From: Candidatus Methanoperedenaceae archaeon
GTDB taxonomy: Archaea; Halobacteriota; Methanosarcinia; Methanosarcinales; Methanoperedenaceae
DNA length: 64,000 bases
Reading direction: 5' to 3'
NCBI GenBank assembly: GCA_963753595.1
Contig: CAVWCX010000001.1
Location: 151,797 to 215,796 of the forward strand
Shown in pieces: positions 1-10,684 of the stretch. Under the pieces are notes generated by a model. That model saw nothing but the letters and a program-made list of their open reading frames with translations. It did no database searches and had not been told where the DNA came from. Positions within the stretch are counted from its first letter, which is position 1, and every line of letters starts with the position of its first letter. The translations under genes and the position numbers were made by a program.

Positions 1-3000
1 TCACTTTCCCCTAAACCACCTGCGAATAAAGCAGGATCGAACTATCCATCCAGCGGAGCAGTGGATCACTCAAGCTTTGGTATAACTGATAATGATTGCA
101 AGAACTGCCATGGCAGTAACCTTGCTGGCGGTGAGAACATGGTTGGATTCACTCATAATGTAGCCCCGTCTGGTGGAAGTGGCTCATGCGATTCCTGCCA
201 CGCACAACCGCCCAATGGCGCTTCAAGATATAATACACAAGGCGCTCATACACTACACTCAGCAGCAGGATATGGCAATGTAGCAATCACCGGCTGCAAT
301 TACTGTCATTCGACAGAAGGCGCAAATGAAGCCGGCCATCCCGGAACATTCAATGATGCCACTGTAGTCACTAATTCCTCAGCAACAATCGCGTTATATA
401 CTCCGAACAACCTGAACGGCAAAGACGATACATGCAGTGGTGTCTCCTGCCATACAACCGGTCTTAGCAATGGAGCCAAAGTCGGCACAGCCACCTGGGA
501 CTCCACAACCGGAGCCTGCAGCAACTGCCACTCCACAGTCCCAAGCGGTCTTCCGCCTACAGGCAACCATACCAAACACTACACCACAGAGAACTACCAG
601 TGCGCCACCTGTCACGGCACTAATGCCGATGCAGGGACACAGACCGGTCACAAGACCAATGGAGCAATCGACATATCCTTCACAGGTACACTTGCAACCG
701 GCGGCAGTATCACATCAGGCACATGCGACGTCTATTGTCATTCACCAAACCCCAACGATGTCAAACCCAAACCTGCCTGGAACACATCAACCGTGGTCTG
801 TGGGGATTGTCACAGCCTTCCGCCCACCACAACACGAAATGGTGTTTCACATACGACCAATACTAACTGCGACATCTGCCATGGAACAGGTGCTTCAACA
901 GGCACTCAACTCGGTCACATAGATCGTTCGATCACCACATTGGGAGGCGGCAGTACATGTACAATATGTCATGCCCAGCCACCCAATGATGCAATTGTAA
1001 CAGATCAGCGCAACAATACCGACGGAGCCCATATCCTGCATAAGAACAAAGGCTATGGTGCAGTTGCCGAAACAAGCTGCAACTATTGTCATAACAATGG
1101 TGGAAGCAACGAAGGTGGAGCCCATCCAAACGGTTTGTACAATGTGGTTACTAATTCCTCAGCAACAATCGCGTTATATACTCCGAACAACCTGAACGGC
1201 AAAGACGATACATGCGCGGGTGTCTCCTGTCATACAACCGGTCTTAGCAATGGAGCCAAAGTCGGCACATCCACCTGGGACTCCACAACCGGAGCCTGCA
1301 GCAACTGCCACTCTACAGTCCCAAGCGGTCTTCCGCCTACAGGCAACCATACCAAACACTACACCACAGAAAACTACCAGTGCGCCACCTGTCACGGCAC
1401 TAATGCCGATGCAGGGACACAGACCGGTCACAAGACCAATGGAGCAATCGACATATCCTTCACAGGTACACTTGCAACCGGCGGCAGTATCACATCAGGC
1501 ACATGCGACGTCTATTGTCATTCACCAAACCCCAACGATGTCAAACCCAAACCTGCCTGGAGCACATCAACCGTGGTCTGTGGGGATTGTCACAGCCTTC
1601 CGCCCACCACAACACGAAATGGTGTTTCACATACGACCAATACTAACTGCGACATCTGCCATGGAACAGGTGCTTCAACAGGCACTCAACTCGGTCACAT
1701 AGATCGTTCGATCACCACATTGGGAGGCGGCAGTACATGTACAATATGTCATGCCCAGCCACCCAATGATGCAATTGTAACAGATCAGCGCAACAATACC
1801 GACGGAGCCCATATCCTGCATAAGAACAAAGGCTATGGTGCAGTTGCCGAAACAAGCTGCAACTATTGTCATAACAATGGTGGAAGCAACGAAGGTGGAG
1901 CCCATCCAAACGGTTTGTACAATGTGGTTACTAATTCCTCAGCAACAATCGCGTTATATACTCCGAACAACCTGAACGGCAAAGACGATACATGCGCGGG
2001 TGTCTCCTGTCATACAACCGGTCTTAGCAATGGAGCCAAAGTCGGCACATCCACCTGGGACTCCACAACCGGAGCCTGCAGCAACTGCCACTCTACAGTC
2101 CCAAGCGGTCTTCCGCCTACAGGCAACCATACCAAACACTACACCACAGAAAACTACCAGTGCGCCACCTGTCACGGCACTAATGCCGATGCAGGGACAC
2201 AGACCGGTCACAAGACCAATGGAGCAATCGACATATCCTTCACAGGTACACTTGCAACCGGCGGCAGTATCACATCAGGCACATGCGACGTCTATTGTCA
2301 TTCACCAAACCCCAACGATGTCAAACCCAAACCTGCCTGGAACACATCAACCGTGGTCTGTGGGGATTGTCACAGCCTTCCGCCCACCACAACACGAAAT
2401 GGTGCAACACCACATGCAGGTGTTACGGATTGTGATGTCTGTCACGGTACGGGTGCTAATACAGGAACCCAGAACGGCCATATTAACAGAATTATAGACG
2501 TATCAGGCGGTGGCTGCACAGGATGTCACAGCAATGTTGGTACCGCAAGTCTTGGCCTTCACTCCAATTTAAACGGAACGTCCGCAGTCGATGACGGAGA
2601 TTGCCAGACCTGTCATTTTGCTTCATTCCCAATGGTAACCGGTGCGGCAAATAGTTCCAATACGCATTATTGTCAGGATTGTCATACCAGTGCAGGAACA
2701 GGATCTCCTAAACCGGGTAGTTTAGTATCGGTAAGCCATGGAAAAATCGACTGTAAATGGTGCCATGCGGCAGGCGATCAACCAGCCTCTAAGTATCATT
2801 CGAATAATCTTGGATCACAGCAAGGACCAAAAGGTACAGCAACAGGAGCGAATTGTGCTACCTGCCACGGTGCTAATCTTCAAGATGTATTTAGAGCTCC
2901 GGGAATAACACATTTAGGAGATATTACTACTTGTGGTGAATGCCATAGCGGTGCTAACAATCACTTAGTATCAGCGTTAAGCGATTTTTCCTCTCCAACA

Positions 3001-3618
3001 CTTTCAGGAATACCACTGACAACATCGGTAACGGTCGGAGCACCTGCTCATATCCAGGCTACAGTATCAGACAATATTGTGATGATAGCAGCTGCCCAGT
3101 ATCAGGTAACAAATACCTCAGGAACGGTCATTCCATGGACAAATATGACATCCTTGGATGGATTTAATTCAGCAACTGAAACTGTTATTGCATCAATACC
3201 TACATCAAATCTAATTGGTCCTTATACAGTTAGCATTAAAGGCATGTCTTCAGCATACAAGACTGATCCTTCAAAGCCATATTATCCACTCAATGGTATG
3301 TGGAGCAGCGTTAGTACTGTTCAACTTATTGTTAATCAACCAAAAGGATATGTTAACGGAACAGTTAAAAATGGGACTAATACAATAGCAGGGGCGATAA
3401 TAACCACCAATACAGGTGTTTCCGCGATAACTGACTCGAATGGTAATTATTCCTTGAATCTTGCGTATGGCCCTTATCAATTAATTGCCACCAAGGAGCC
3501 GGAATATTATTTCAACAACAGTGTAAGTGTAGAGGTTTCAGAAATTCCGGTAGATCAGAATATCATCCTGAATAAGAAACCCACTGGAACTATAAGCGGT
3601 ACGGTTAAGAACAAATAA
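1..3618 (+). CDS. Giant multiheme c-type cytochrome, 5'-truncated by the window edge; at least 31 heme motifs; C-terminal Ig-like and carboxypeptidase-regulatory-like domains
   Basis: Frame is open from base 1. Counted 25 CxxCH, 3 CxxxxCH (CSGVSCH/CAGVSCH) and 3 CxxxCH (CDVYCH). The CxxxxCH..W..CxxCH pairs resemble the Geobacter-type domain. Ends KPTGTISGTVKNK. Confidence 0.93.
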   Translation, partial: SLSPKPPANKAGSNYPSSGAVDHSSFGITDNDCKNCHGSNLAGGENMVGFTHNVAPSGGSGSCDSCHAQPPNGASRYNTQGAHTLHSAAGYGNVAITGCNYCHSTEGANEAGHPGTFNDATVVTNSSATIALYTPNNLNGKDDTCSGVSCHTTGLSNGAKVGTATWDSTTGACSNCHSTVPSGLPPTGNHTKHYTTENYQCATCHGTNADAGTQTGHKTNGAIDISFTGTLATGGSITSGTCDVYCHSPNPNDVKPKPAWNTSTVVCGDCHSLPPTTTRNGVSHTTNTNCDICHGTGASTGTQLGHIDRSITTLGGGSTCTICHAQPPNDAIVTDQRNNTDGAHILHKNKGYGAVAETSCNYCHNNGGSNEGGAHPNGLYNVVTNSSATIALYTPNNLNGKDDTCAGVSCHTTGLSNGAKVGTSTWDSTTGACSNCHSTVPSGLPPTGNHTKHYTTENYQCATCHGTNADAGTQTGHKTNGAIDISFTGTLATGGSITSGTCDVYCHSPNPNDVKPKPAWSTSTVVCGDCHSLPPTTTRNGVSHTTNTNCDICHGTGASTGTQLGHIDRSITTLGGGSTCTICHAQPPNDAIVTDQRNNTDGAHILHKNKGYGAVAETSCNYCHNNGGSNEGGAHPNGLYNVVTNSSATIALYTPNNLNGKDDTCAGVSCHTTGLSNGAKVGTSTWDSTTGACSNCHSTVPSGLPPTGNHTKHYTTENYQCATCHGTNADAGTQTGHKTNGAIDISFTGTLATGGSITSGTCDVYCHSPNPNDVKPKPAWNTSTVVCGDCHSLPPTTTRNGATPHAGVTDCDVCHGTGANTGTQNGHINRIIDVSGGGCTGCHSNVGTASLGLHSNLNGTSAVDDGDCQTCHFASFPMVTGAANSSNTHYCQDCHTSAGTGSPKPGSLVSVSHGKIDCKWCHAAGDQPASKYHSNNLGSQQGPKGTATGANCATCHGANLQDVFRAPGITHLGDITTCGECHSGANNHLVSALSDFSSPTLSGIPLTTSVTVGAPAHIQATVSDNIVMIAAAQYQVTNTSGTVIPWTNMTSLDGFNSATETVIASIPTSNLIGPYTVSIKGMSSAYKTDPSKPYYPLNGMWSSVSTVQLIVNQPKGYVNGTVKNGTNTIAGAIITTNTGVSAITDSNGNYSLNLAYGPYQLIATKEPEYYFNNSVSVEVSEIPVDQNIILNKKPTGTISGTVKNK
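370..2404 (+). repeat. Intragenic tandem repeat, 780-bp (260-aa) unit, about 2.6 copies, 8 heme motifs per unit
   Basis: Sequence at 371, 1151 and 1931 starts identically (ctaattcctcagcaacaatc). Copies 2 and 3 differ only at about 1562/2342; copy 1 has a few substitutions near 436-591. Confidence 0.95.
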
Positions 3619-3747
3619 TATTGAATGATAGGAATATATTGGAGCGAAATATTCTTTCGCTCTTTTTTTTTAATGTATTTTTATAAAAAAAATAATGAGA
3701 TAGTTTTATCTATTAAAACGTTCATTTTATTTTTGATGGATAGGATA

Positions 3748-6501
3748 GTGAAGATTTTGAAGCTTAACATATTTTCTGGAATTAAGGATAAAATGGGATT
3801 GTTGCTGATATTGATTGTATTTATTTCTTTTATTCCGATTGTTTTTGGTGCATCTCCGAACGATGCCTGTTTTAGCGGTATATGCCATAGTTCTTCAGGT
3901 CCTACGATCGACCGCGCCCTGTACGACTCCAATCCACATAAAATAATCAAATGTATCGAATGCCATAATAGCTCAACAAATAACTTAGACCCTAGTCATG
4001 GTGTGTTCATAAGACAATTGAACGGCAGCAAGATCACAGGGCCCTTGACAACAAAATATTATTCCCAAAATTTCTCTCTATGTTATTACTGTCATGCAGA
4101 AAAGAATGTCGTAGGATTTTTACCAGGCTGGATACCCTCAGCTAACCACAGAAATACTACCCCGATTATAGTCTCAAACATAGGTACTAATTTTATCAAT
4201 ATTGATCCATTAGGTTATCATAATGGCAGCGAAGGCGGAATTGATTCTGATATACCAACAAATATTCATTGGAATCATCTGGATGCCTTCGGGAGCGAAA
4301 ATTATGGTATTGGAGGCAAATTTGATACTGACATGGATGGAGTAAAAGACTCTTTTCAATCCTGCCCTGCCTGCCATAATGTCCATGGGACAAACTATCC
4401 TAAGATGACAAGAAATGACTTAGCTATTGCTTATTCTTCTGATGGAAATGGAACATTTGGATATATCGGAAGCGAACAATACAACTTTAAAGGTGGCGAT
4501 GTCTTTTGCGGAGGTGGTTGCCACACCTCTGGTATGGGTTATAAATATTATAGAACTGAGATAAAAATATTTCAAGACTGTATCTCATGCCATGTGGATG
4601 GTTCACCCGGAGATGTAAACAGAACTGCTTTCAGCCTGGGTGAGCATCTTAATATTAATACCACTGGTGGTATTAACTCAGTTAATAACACAGACTGCTG
4701 GTCATGTCACTTTAACAGGGATATGAATAGAAGCAACATCCGGCAATGTAATTACTGCCATACTGGAAGCGCCAAACCCGAAGCTCCAAGTGCGCCAATT
4801 ATAAGAACACATGTCTCGGGAGTAAAGATCACTAATTATTCATGCGCGGATTGCCACAGCAAAGTGATCGTTGATCCTGGAACTGGAATTCCTAATGTAA
4901 CATCCCATTATCTAAAGAGACCCAATGTATTAAGTGAAAAGTATTGCGATTATTGCCATGGACCAAATCCAAGCTCTCCATTCAATGCAACAAACAAGAC
5001 TATTCCAGCGTTGAACCATGACAATTCGGACTGGAACGGAAATGCCACATGCCGAACATGCCATTCAAATTCCAGTGTTACGGCCGACCCTCTGGCTAAT
5101 GATTATACATCATTCCATGATCTTACTACTGAATTAGGCGATGTATATAATGGAACGGCAAGGGCAGACTGTTTCATATGCCATGTCCAGAACTCCCCAC
5201 AGTTTGTCGTGGCTCCATATCCCTCGCATGATATTATTGGCTATAACGCAGAGGATTGCCGTAACTGTCATACATCAGGAACGGGCACGGAACCGCAAAA
5301 ACTACACAGCGTAACTGCATCTGCGACTGGCGGGTGCATACCCTGCCATTCAAATAATGCAACCAGGTATTATGCAAACACAAGCCTCTTTGGAAGACAT
5401 GCAAATGTAAATGCAACAGGTGGTCCGAATAACGTAACAGATGATGATTGTAAGACCTGCCACTTTGGTACTGCAGATGGGACGATGAAGATGAAGCTGG
5501 GTGCAGCGAACTCAAGTAACACGTATTTCTGTGAAGCATGCCATACATCAGCAGGTTCAGGACCAATCCATCCAATAGACAACAACCTTATTAAAGATGG
5601 TTTGCAGCATGGTTCAACAAATTGCCAGTGGTGTCATATTGCAGGTGCTCTTCTTCCAAGGCCATTAGATACTACTTTAAGATATCATCCCAGCGGGCCT
5701 CGAGGAACTGCTGCCGGAAAGAACTGCCTGACATGCCATGGTTCCAATCTCCCGGATTTACCTTTCCATGCACCTGGAATAGTACATTCTTCTGATTTAG
5801 ATGGTTGTGGTTATTGTCATTCACAAACAGATAATCATGCTGTTAGCCCATTGAACTCTAACACTCCACCATCGATTTCAGGTTTGTCCGTTACTACAGT
5901 AGTTACTGCAGGCAATGTAGTGCAAGTTCAAACTACGGTAGCGGATGATATGACTCAGATAGCAGCAGCCCAGTATCAGGTCAAGAAAGGTACAACCACA
6001 GTTATTGATTGGACAAATATGACTCCAAAGGATGGAAGATTTGATTCGTCAAGTGAAATAGTGAACACCAGTATTGATACATCAGCCCTCCTGGGTACCT
6101 ACACAGTCAACATCAAGGGCATGGCTTCAGCATACAAGACCATTTTAACATTACCTTATTATCCATTGAACGGTCAATGGAGCGGTATCATCAGCGCACA
6201 ATTTAGTGTTAACCAACCCACCGGGTATAATAATGGAACTGTGAGTGGAAGATTGGATAATGGTTTAGCAGGTGCGGTAGTATCTACCAATACAAGCGTA
6301 TCCACTACCACTAACGAAACCGGATTTTATTCTTTAAGTTTGACAAATGGCACATATCGGTTGACAGCAAGCAAGGATCCGGAATATTATTCAAATAGCA
6401 GTGTAATAGTGACTGTGATAGCACGCACTAATATAACTACAAATATTATTCTTGATTTGAAACCAACAGGCAATATAACTGGTAAAGTTACGAACAAGTA
6501 A
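3748..6501 (+). CDS. Secreted multiheme c-type cytochrome, 19 heme motifs (start uncertain: GTG 3748 or ATG 3793; the ORF track uses 3625)
   Basis: Hydrophobic signal MGLLLILIVFISFIPIVFG|ASP; 17 CxxCH plus CFSGICH and CGGGCH; shared C-terminal module ending KPTGNITGKVTNK. Confidence 0.9.
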   Translation: MKILKLNIFSGIKDKMGLLLILIVFISFIPIVFGASPNDACFSGICHSSSGPTIDRALYDSNPHKIIKCIECHNSSTNNLDPSHGVFIRQLNGSKITGPLTTKYYSQNFSLCYYCHAEKNVVGFLPGWIPSANHRNTTPIIVSNIGTNFINIDPLGYHNGSEGGIDSDIPTNIHWNHLDAFGSENYGIGGKFDTDMDGVKDSFQSCPACHNVHGTNYPKMTRNDLAIAYSSDGNGTFGYIGSEQYNFKGGDVFCGGGCHTSGMGYKYYRTEIKIFQDCISCHVDGSPGDVNRTAFSLGEHLNINTTGGINSVNNTDCWSCHFNRDMNRSNIRQCNYCHTGSAKPEAPSAPIIRTHVSGVKITNYSCADCHSKVIVDPGTGIPNVTSHYLKRPNVLSEKYCDYCHGPNPSSPFNATNKTIPALNHDNSDWNGNATCRTCHSNSSVTADPLANDYTSFHDLTTELGDVYNGTARADCFICHVQNSPQFVVAPYPSHDIIGYNAEDCRNCHTSGTGTEPQKLHSVTASATGGCIPCHSNNATRYYANTSLFGRHANVNATGGPNNVTDDDCKTCHFGTADGTMKMKLGAANSSNTYFCEACHTSAGSGPIHPIDNNLIKDGLQHGSTNCQWCHIAGALLPRPLDTTLRYHPSGPRGTAAGKNCLTCHGSNLPDLPFHAPGIVHSSDLDGCGYCHSQTDNHAVSPLNSNTPPSISGLSVTTVVTAGNVVQVQTTVADDMTQIAAAQYQVKKGTTTVIDWTNMTPKDGRFDSSSEIVNTSIDTSALLGTYTVNIKGMASAYKTILTLPYYPLNGQWSGIISAQFSVNQPTGYNNGTVSGRLDNGLAGAVVSTNTSVSTTTNETGFYSLSLTNGTYRLTASKDPEYYSNSSVIVTVIARTNITTNIILDLKPTGNITGKVTNK

Positions 6502-6783
6502 GATGGTTGATCAAAAGAACATTGTAGATTGAAATAATCCGACATGATGTCACAATGCTATTTTGTGGCTTATTTTTGCTTATAGTAATTATAAAAGGTA
6601 CAGATGGTCCTGGATAGGCTTTTATAATGACTATTTTTTTGTCTCTCAGACTCAGAACTAAAACGATACAAATATATGCAAAGACATTTTAATTAATTAA
6701 AAACATTATAAAACGGGATAGGGTTATTTGTATCAAAGATACATTTAAAAATAATTTAATATAAAATCGATAGGAGAAGTAAT

Positions 6784-8954
6784 ATGAGTTGGATAGGAGA
6801 TAGTCAATCGCATAGCAAAGCAAATTATATGATCACCGCATTTTTGATTTTGACATTGTTATTATCGTTTTCATTTATAACCATAAATCCAATCCAGGCA
6901 AAATCGAATATTAAAAATCATAATAATATTAATGGAAATATAACGGATACGGAATGCATAATCTGTCATCCAACACAAGGAACACTATTCCAATCAGAAT
7001 TGAATCAATTGGATAAGCCTTTAATCGAAAATGCATCCAATATTAATTCATTGCTTCAAGTCGGGGAAAATTATACTGCGATCCTTACTTCCGGACAAAC
7101 ACCTTACCAGCTCGGTCCATTTTTCCGCAGTGGAGCTAATGGTTGGAGCTGGCTGGATACTGGTGCCTGGGGAACAGATAGGCAGAAAAATCTTATCCTG
7201 CTTTCAATATTTGATAATTCTACCGGAAGCATAAAACCTGTCCAAGGATTGACTTCATGGTTATCCTGGCCGCAGGCCAGTTTTAGAAATCATAGCGGGA
7301 CATATAGCTACAAAGCAGATAATGGTCCATCTCCTATAACTATACAGGGAAATTATCCGGATGCCAGTGAATTCTGGATGATTAAAGAGATCAACTTAAG
7401 CGGACTTAGCACTGCAACTCTTAATTTCTGGACATGGTATTCGATGGAAACAGATTGGGATTATGGATATGTTGCGATATCTTCTGATGGAAATATCTGG
7501 ATAAATCTCCCGGGAAACAATACTACAAATACAAATCCTAATGGCAATAATCTGGGAAATGGAATAACCGGTAACAGTGGTGGAATATGGGTATATGAAA
7601 CGATGGACTTGACATCATATGTCGGAAAAAAGATGTTGATCGGATTCAGATTTGTGTCAGATGCAGCTGTAAATGAAGAGGGAATGTATATAGATGATAT
7701 TACTGCAACCGGAGGATTTAGTGATTATGCAGAAACTCTTATTGAAATAAAAACCCTGAGTGTCAATGTTACGTATCCTCGCCTGGCAATACTGAATCCA
7801 ACAGATCCGATGACGAGCGCAAGCACGTTACAGTATAATCCATACGTTCAAAAAGTGGAATTGCATGAAGATATAAGTCATCCTGGCACATACGCTGGAT
7901 ATTTCCAATACGAACCATTTGGAGGCCAATATTCAGGAAAATATACCGTTTATTTTGATACTGCAATAAACGGCGAACGGGTTATCGGCAATACAACATT
8001 CGATACTACTATTTTTGGTTGCCAGGATTGCCACAATAAGAATTATAATGGTGCTGAAACGAGTTTTGTTCATGCGGATGGCGGAGGAATGCAGTCATGT
8101 GAATATGTATGTCACAGCGGATCAAGAGGTTTATATGACAATGCATTTATGGGGCCGCCTCTTCCGGCAAATCCAATACATGTGCATGAAATGAAATTCG
8201 GACACCAGGGAGGATATCTGGATGGTGCATATTATTCTCAGCCGCCGTATAATGTTCCTTCGCATGTAACTGAAGTAAGTTGTGTACAATGTCATACATC
8301 GTTCATTCATGATAATACAGGAAGCGATACTGCAAAAATTGGAAATTACACATTATACGGTACAAATATAACTTTTTCTTCTGGTACACACAGCAGTTTG
8401 ACATGTGGGCAATGTCATGGGACTTTAGATTATCCTGCGATACCTCAGGATCAATATAGTATAACAAATAAACTCGGAAATAATAGTCGTTCTTTTTCGT
8501 CCTCTGAATCATTTACAGATACTTATGAAGTAGATGTGAATGGAATTGATAATCTTACGATAGATGTGCATGCTAACGATGGTTCTACGAAACCTGTTGC
8601 CATATATGTTATTGGGCCGGTAGATAATACAACAACTGCTATACAGGGGCCAAATGAGTATGGAAATCCATACTATATAACCCAAAGCCTTTCCACACCC
8701 ATCAATGTGAATGTAGTTGGCCCATTTACTGGAACATGGTTAGTCAAGTTATATTCGACACAAGAAGGAGTTGTGGATTATACAATAACCAGCAGTTATC
8801 CTATTGAGAGAAAACCAATAATAAAAATACCGGAATGTAATGAATGTCATAATTCTGGTTCTTCAGACAAAACATATGCAAAAGATCCTATACCAAATTG
8901 GAATCCCGGATTTGCCCACGTAGATACAAACAACGATGGTACCCCGGATGTTCA
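6784..8954 (+). pseudogene. N-terminal part of an IS-interrupted multiheme cytochrome (signal peptide, jelly-roll InhA/MAM-like domain, PPC-like domain, 6 heme motifs)
   Basis: CIICH, CQDCH, CEYVCH, CVQCH, CGQCH, CNECH; the frame runs into the IS after ...GTPDVQ. Confidence 0.88.
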
Positions 8955-10684
8955 GAGGCTGTCCGATAATTAACTGAAAAACTCTCCGATTTTTCCATAA
9001 TTCCAAATTATAATCAAGCCCATTGCTTGCGAAATAATTTCAAAACATTTATATCATACAAATACAGTTTTTAAATAAATATGACTTTCTATAAAGACCT
9101 CAAAGACCAGGAACTGCTCTTACCTCCAAACATTCGTGATATGATACCAAAAAATCACATCTGCCATCTGGTTGATAAAATAATCCAGAATATGGATCTA
9201 TCTGATATCGAAAAGGAATACGAAGGAGCAGGACACCCCGCATATCATCCAAAACTCATCCTCAAGCTTCTGATATTGGGTCAAATAGATGGAGTACGTT
9301 CATCAAGGATAATAGCAAAAAATGCTAGAGAGAACGTGGTATACATTTACCTTGCAGGTCTTCTCCAACCTGATTTCAGGACGATAAGCGACTTTCGGAA
9401 AAACAATCTTGAAATGGTCAAATCATCATTTCATGAAGTTGTAAAATTCGCAAAAGATCTTGGCATGGTATCTCTTGGTCACATATGCATTGATGGAACA
9501 AAAATAAAAGCCAATGCATCAAATCACAGTGCAGTAACAAAAGATGATTTTTTAAAATTGAAGGAACTCGTTGAAAGAGAACTGGAAGAAGGCATCAGAA
9601 TAGACGAGGAAGAGGACAGGATCCATGGTGATAAGAATATCGATGAGCTGCCAGATAACATCTTTGACAAAACGATAGCGGAAAAATTGAAAGAGAAATA
9701 TCAGTCAGGGAGCAAAGAACAAAAAGAAAAAATCAAGAAACAGGTTGATAAGATCGAAAAAGAAATCGAAAAATCAGAGAGTGCCATCAGTGCTACTGAT
9801 CCTGAAAGCAGGTTCATGCCAAATAACAAGAAGGTCACTGAATATTCCTATAATCCTCAGATAACAGCGGATTCTTCTTTTGGGATAATCATTTCCAACG
9901 ATGTCACGTCAGAGGTAAGGGATGCAAATCAGCTTAAGCCTCAGATAATACAGGCAGAAGAGAATGTTGGAACCCTTCCGGAAGGTACGAAGGTGAGTGC
10001 TGATAATGGATATTCAAGCAGCAAGAATCTCAAATTCATGAAGAAAAAAAAGCTGGATGGCTATATCCCGGATGAAAAAACGGCATCAAACCTGAACAAA
10101 AATGAAGGAAAACCAGAAAACCCATTCGGTAAAGAGAATTTCGATTATGACCCGATAGAAGATTGTTTCATTTGCCCCAATAATCAGAAACTGACGTTCC
10201 GTTTTGAGTATGTGGATATTGCCAAAAACAGAAATGTGCGGATTTATAAAGGCACTCAGTGTAAGCAATGTCCTGATCGTAAAAAATGTTCAAAGAACTC
10301 TCGGGATGGAAAAGTGATCAAGAATTATGAGGGGATGGAAGAGGAAAGAAGGAAGATGGCTTCTAAATTGATGTCAAAAGAGGGAGCATTGACATATCAG
10401 ACGAGGAAAAAGGTCGTGGAGTGCATCTTTGGTCATATCAAGAGGAATCTTGGGTTCAGGGAATTTCTGTTGAGAGGGATTAATGGGGCGAAAATTGAGT
10501 TCAATCTTACCTGCATTGCTTCAAACCTGAGAAGAATGTGGAACTTTTTGAATGGATTTATTGAAGTAAGATGTTAAATTGGAGAAGAAGTATCGTTTTT
10601 TTTTGTTTGTCTGAAAAATTAGGCAATTATTGCTGAAACATTGCTTGAATAAACTGTATTTGATATCAAATGTCGGTCAACCTC
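8955..10684 (+). mobile_element. IS1182-family insertion sequence, 1730 bp, with a 5-bp target-site duplication GTTCA
   Basis: Left end GAGGCTGTCCGATAAT vs reverse complement of right end GAGGTTGACCGACATT; GTTCA at 8950-8954 and 10685-10689. Confidence 0.92.
9081..10577 (+). CDS. IS1182-family DDE transposase
   Basis: GHPAYHP N-terminal motif, PDFRTISDFR, IDGTKIKANAS, TDPESRFM, ADNGY, a Cys cluster and VECIFGHIK. Confidence 0.92.
   Translation: MTFYKDLKDQELLLPPNIRDMIPKNHICHLVDKIIQNMDLSDIEKEYEGAGHPAYHPKLILKLLILGQIDGVRSSRIIAKNARENVVYIYLAGLLQPDFRTISDFRKNNLEMVKSSFHEVVKFAKDLGMVSLGHICIDGTKIKANASNHSAVTKDDFLKLKELVERELEEGIRIDEEEDRIHGDKNIDELPDNIFDKTIAEKLKEKYQSGSKEQKEKIKKQVDKIEKEIEKSESAISATDPESRFMPNNKKVTEYSYNPQITADSSFGIIISNDVTSEVRDANQLKPQIIQAEENVGTLPEGTKVSADNGYSSSKNLKFMKKKKLDGYIPDEKTASNLNKNEGKPENPFGKENFDYDPIEDCFICPNNQKLTFRFEYVDIAKNRNVRIYKGTQCKQCPDRKKCSKNSRDGKVIKNYEGMEEERRKMASKLMSKEGALTYQTRKKVVECIFGHIKRNLGFREFLLRGINGAKIEFNLTCIASNLRRMWNFLNGFIEVRC

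Noticed and set aside
370-2404. Possible CRISPR array or diversity-generating retroelement template/variable pair
   Set aside because: No spacers, no reverse transcriptase or cas genes, and the few differences are not adenine-specific.
306-2497. Repeating alternative-frame and antisense ORFs inside the first cytochrome
   Set aside because: They recur only because the 780-bp DNA repeat recurs; no independent starts or motifs.
10670-10684. ATG 10670 as the native start of a separate cytochrome
   Set aside because: It lies inside the IS right end and the product has no signal peptide.
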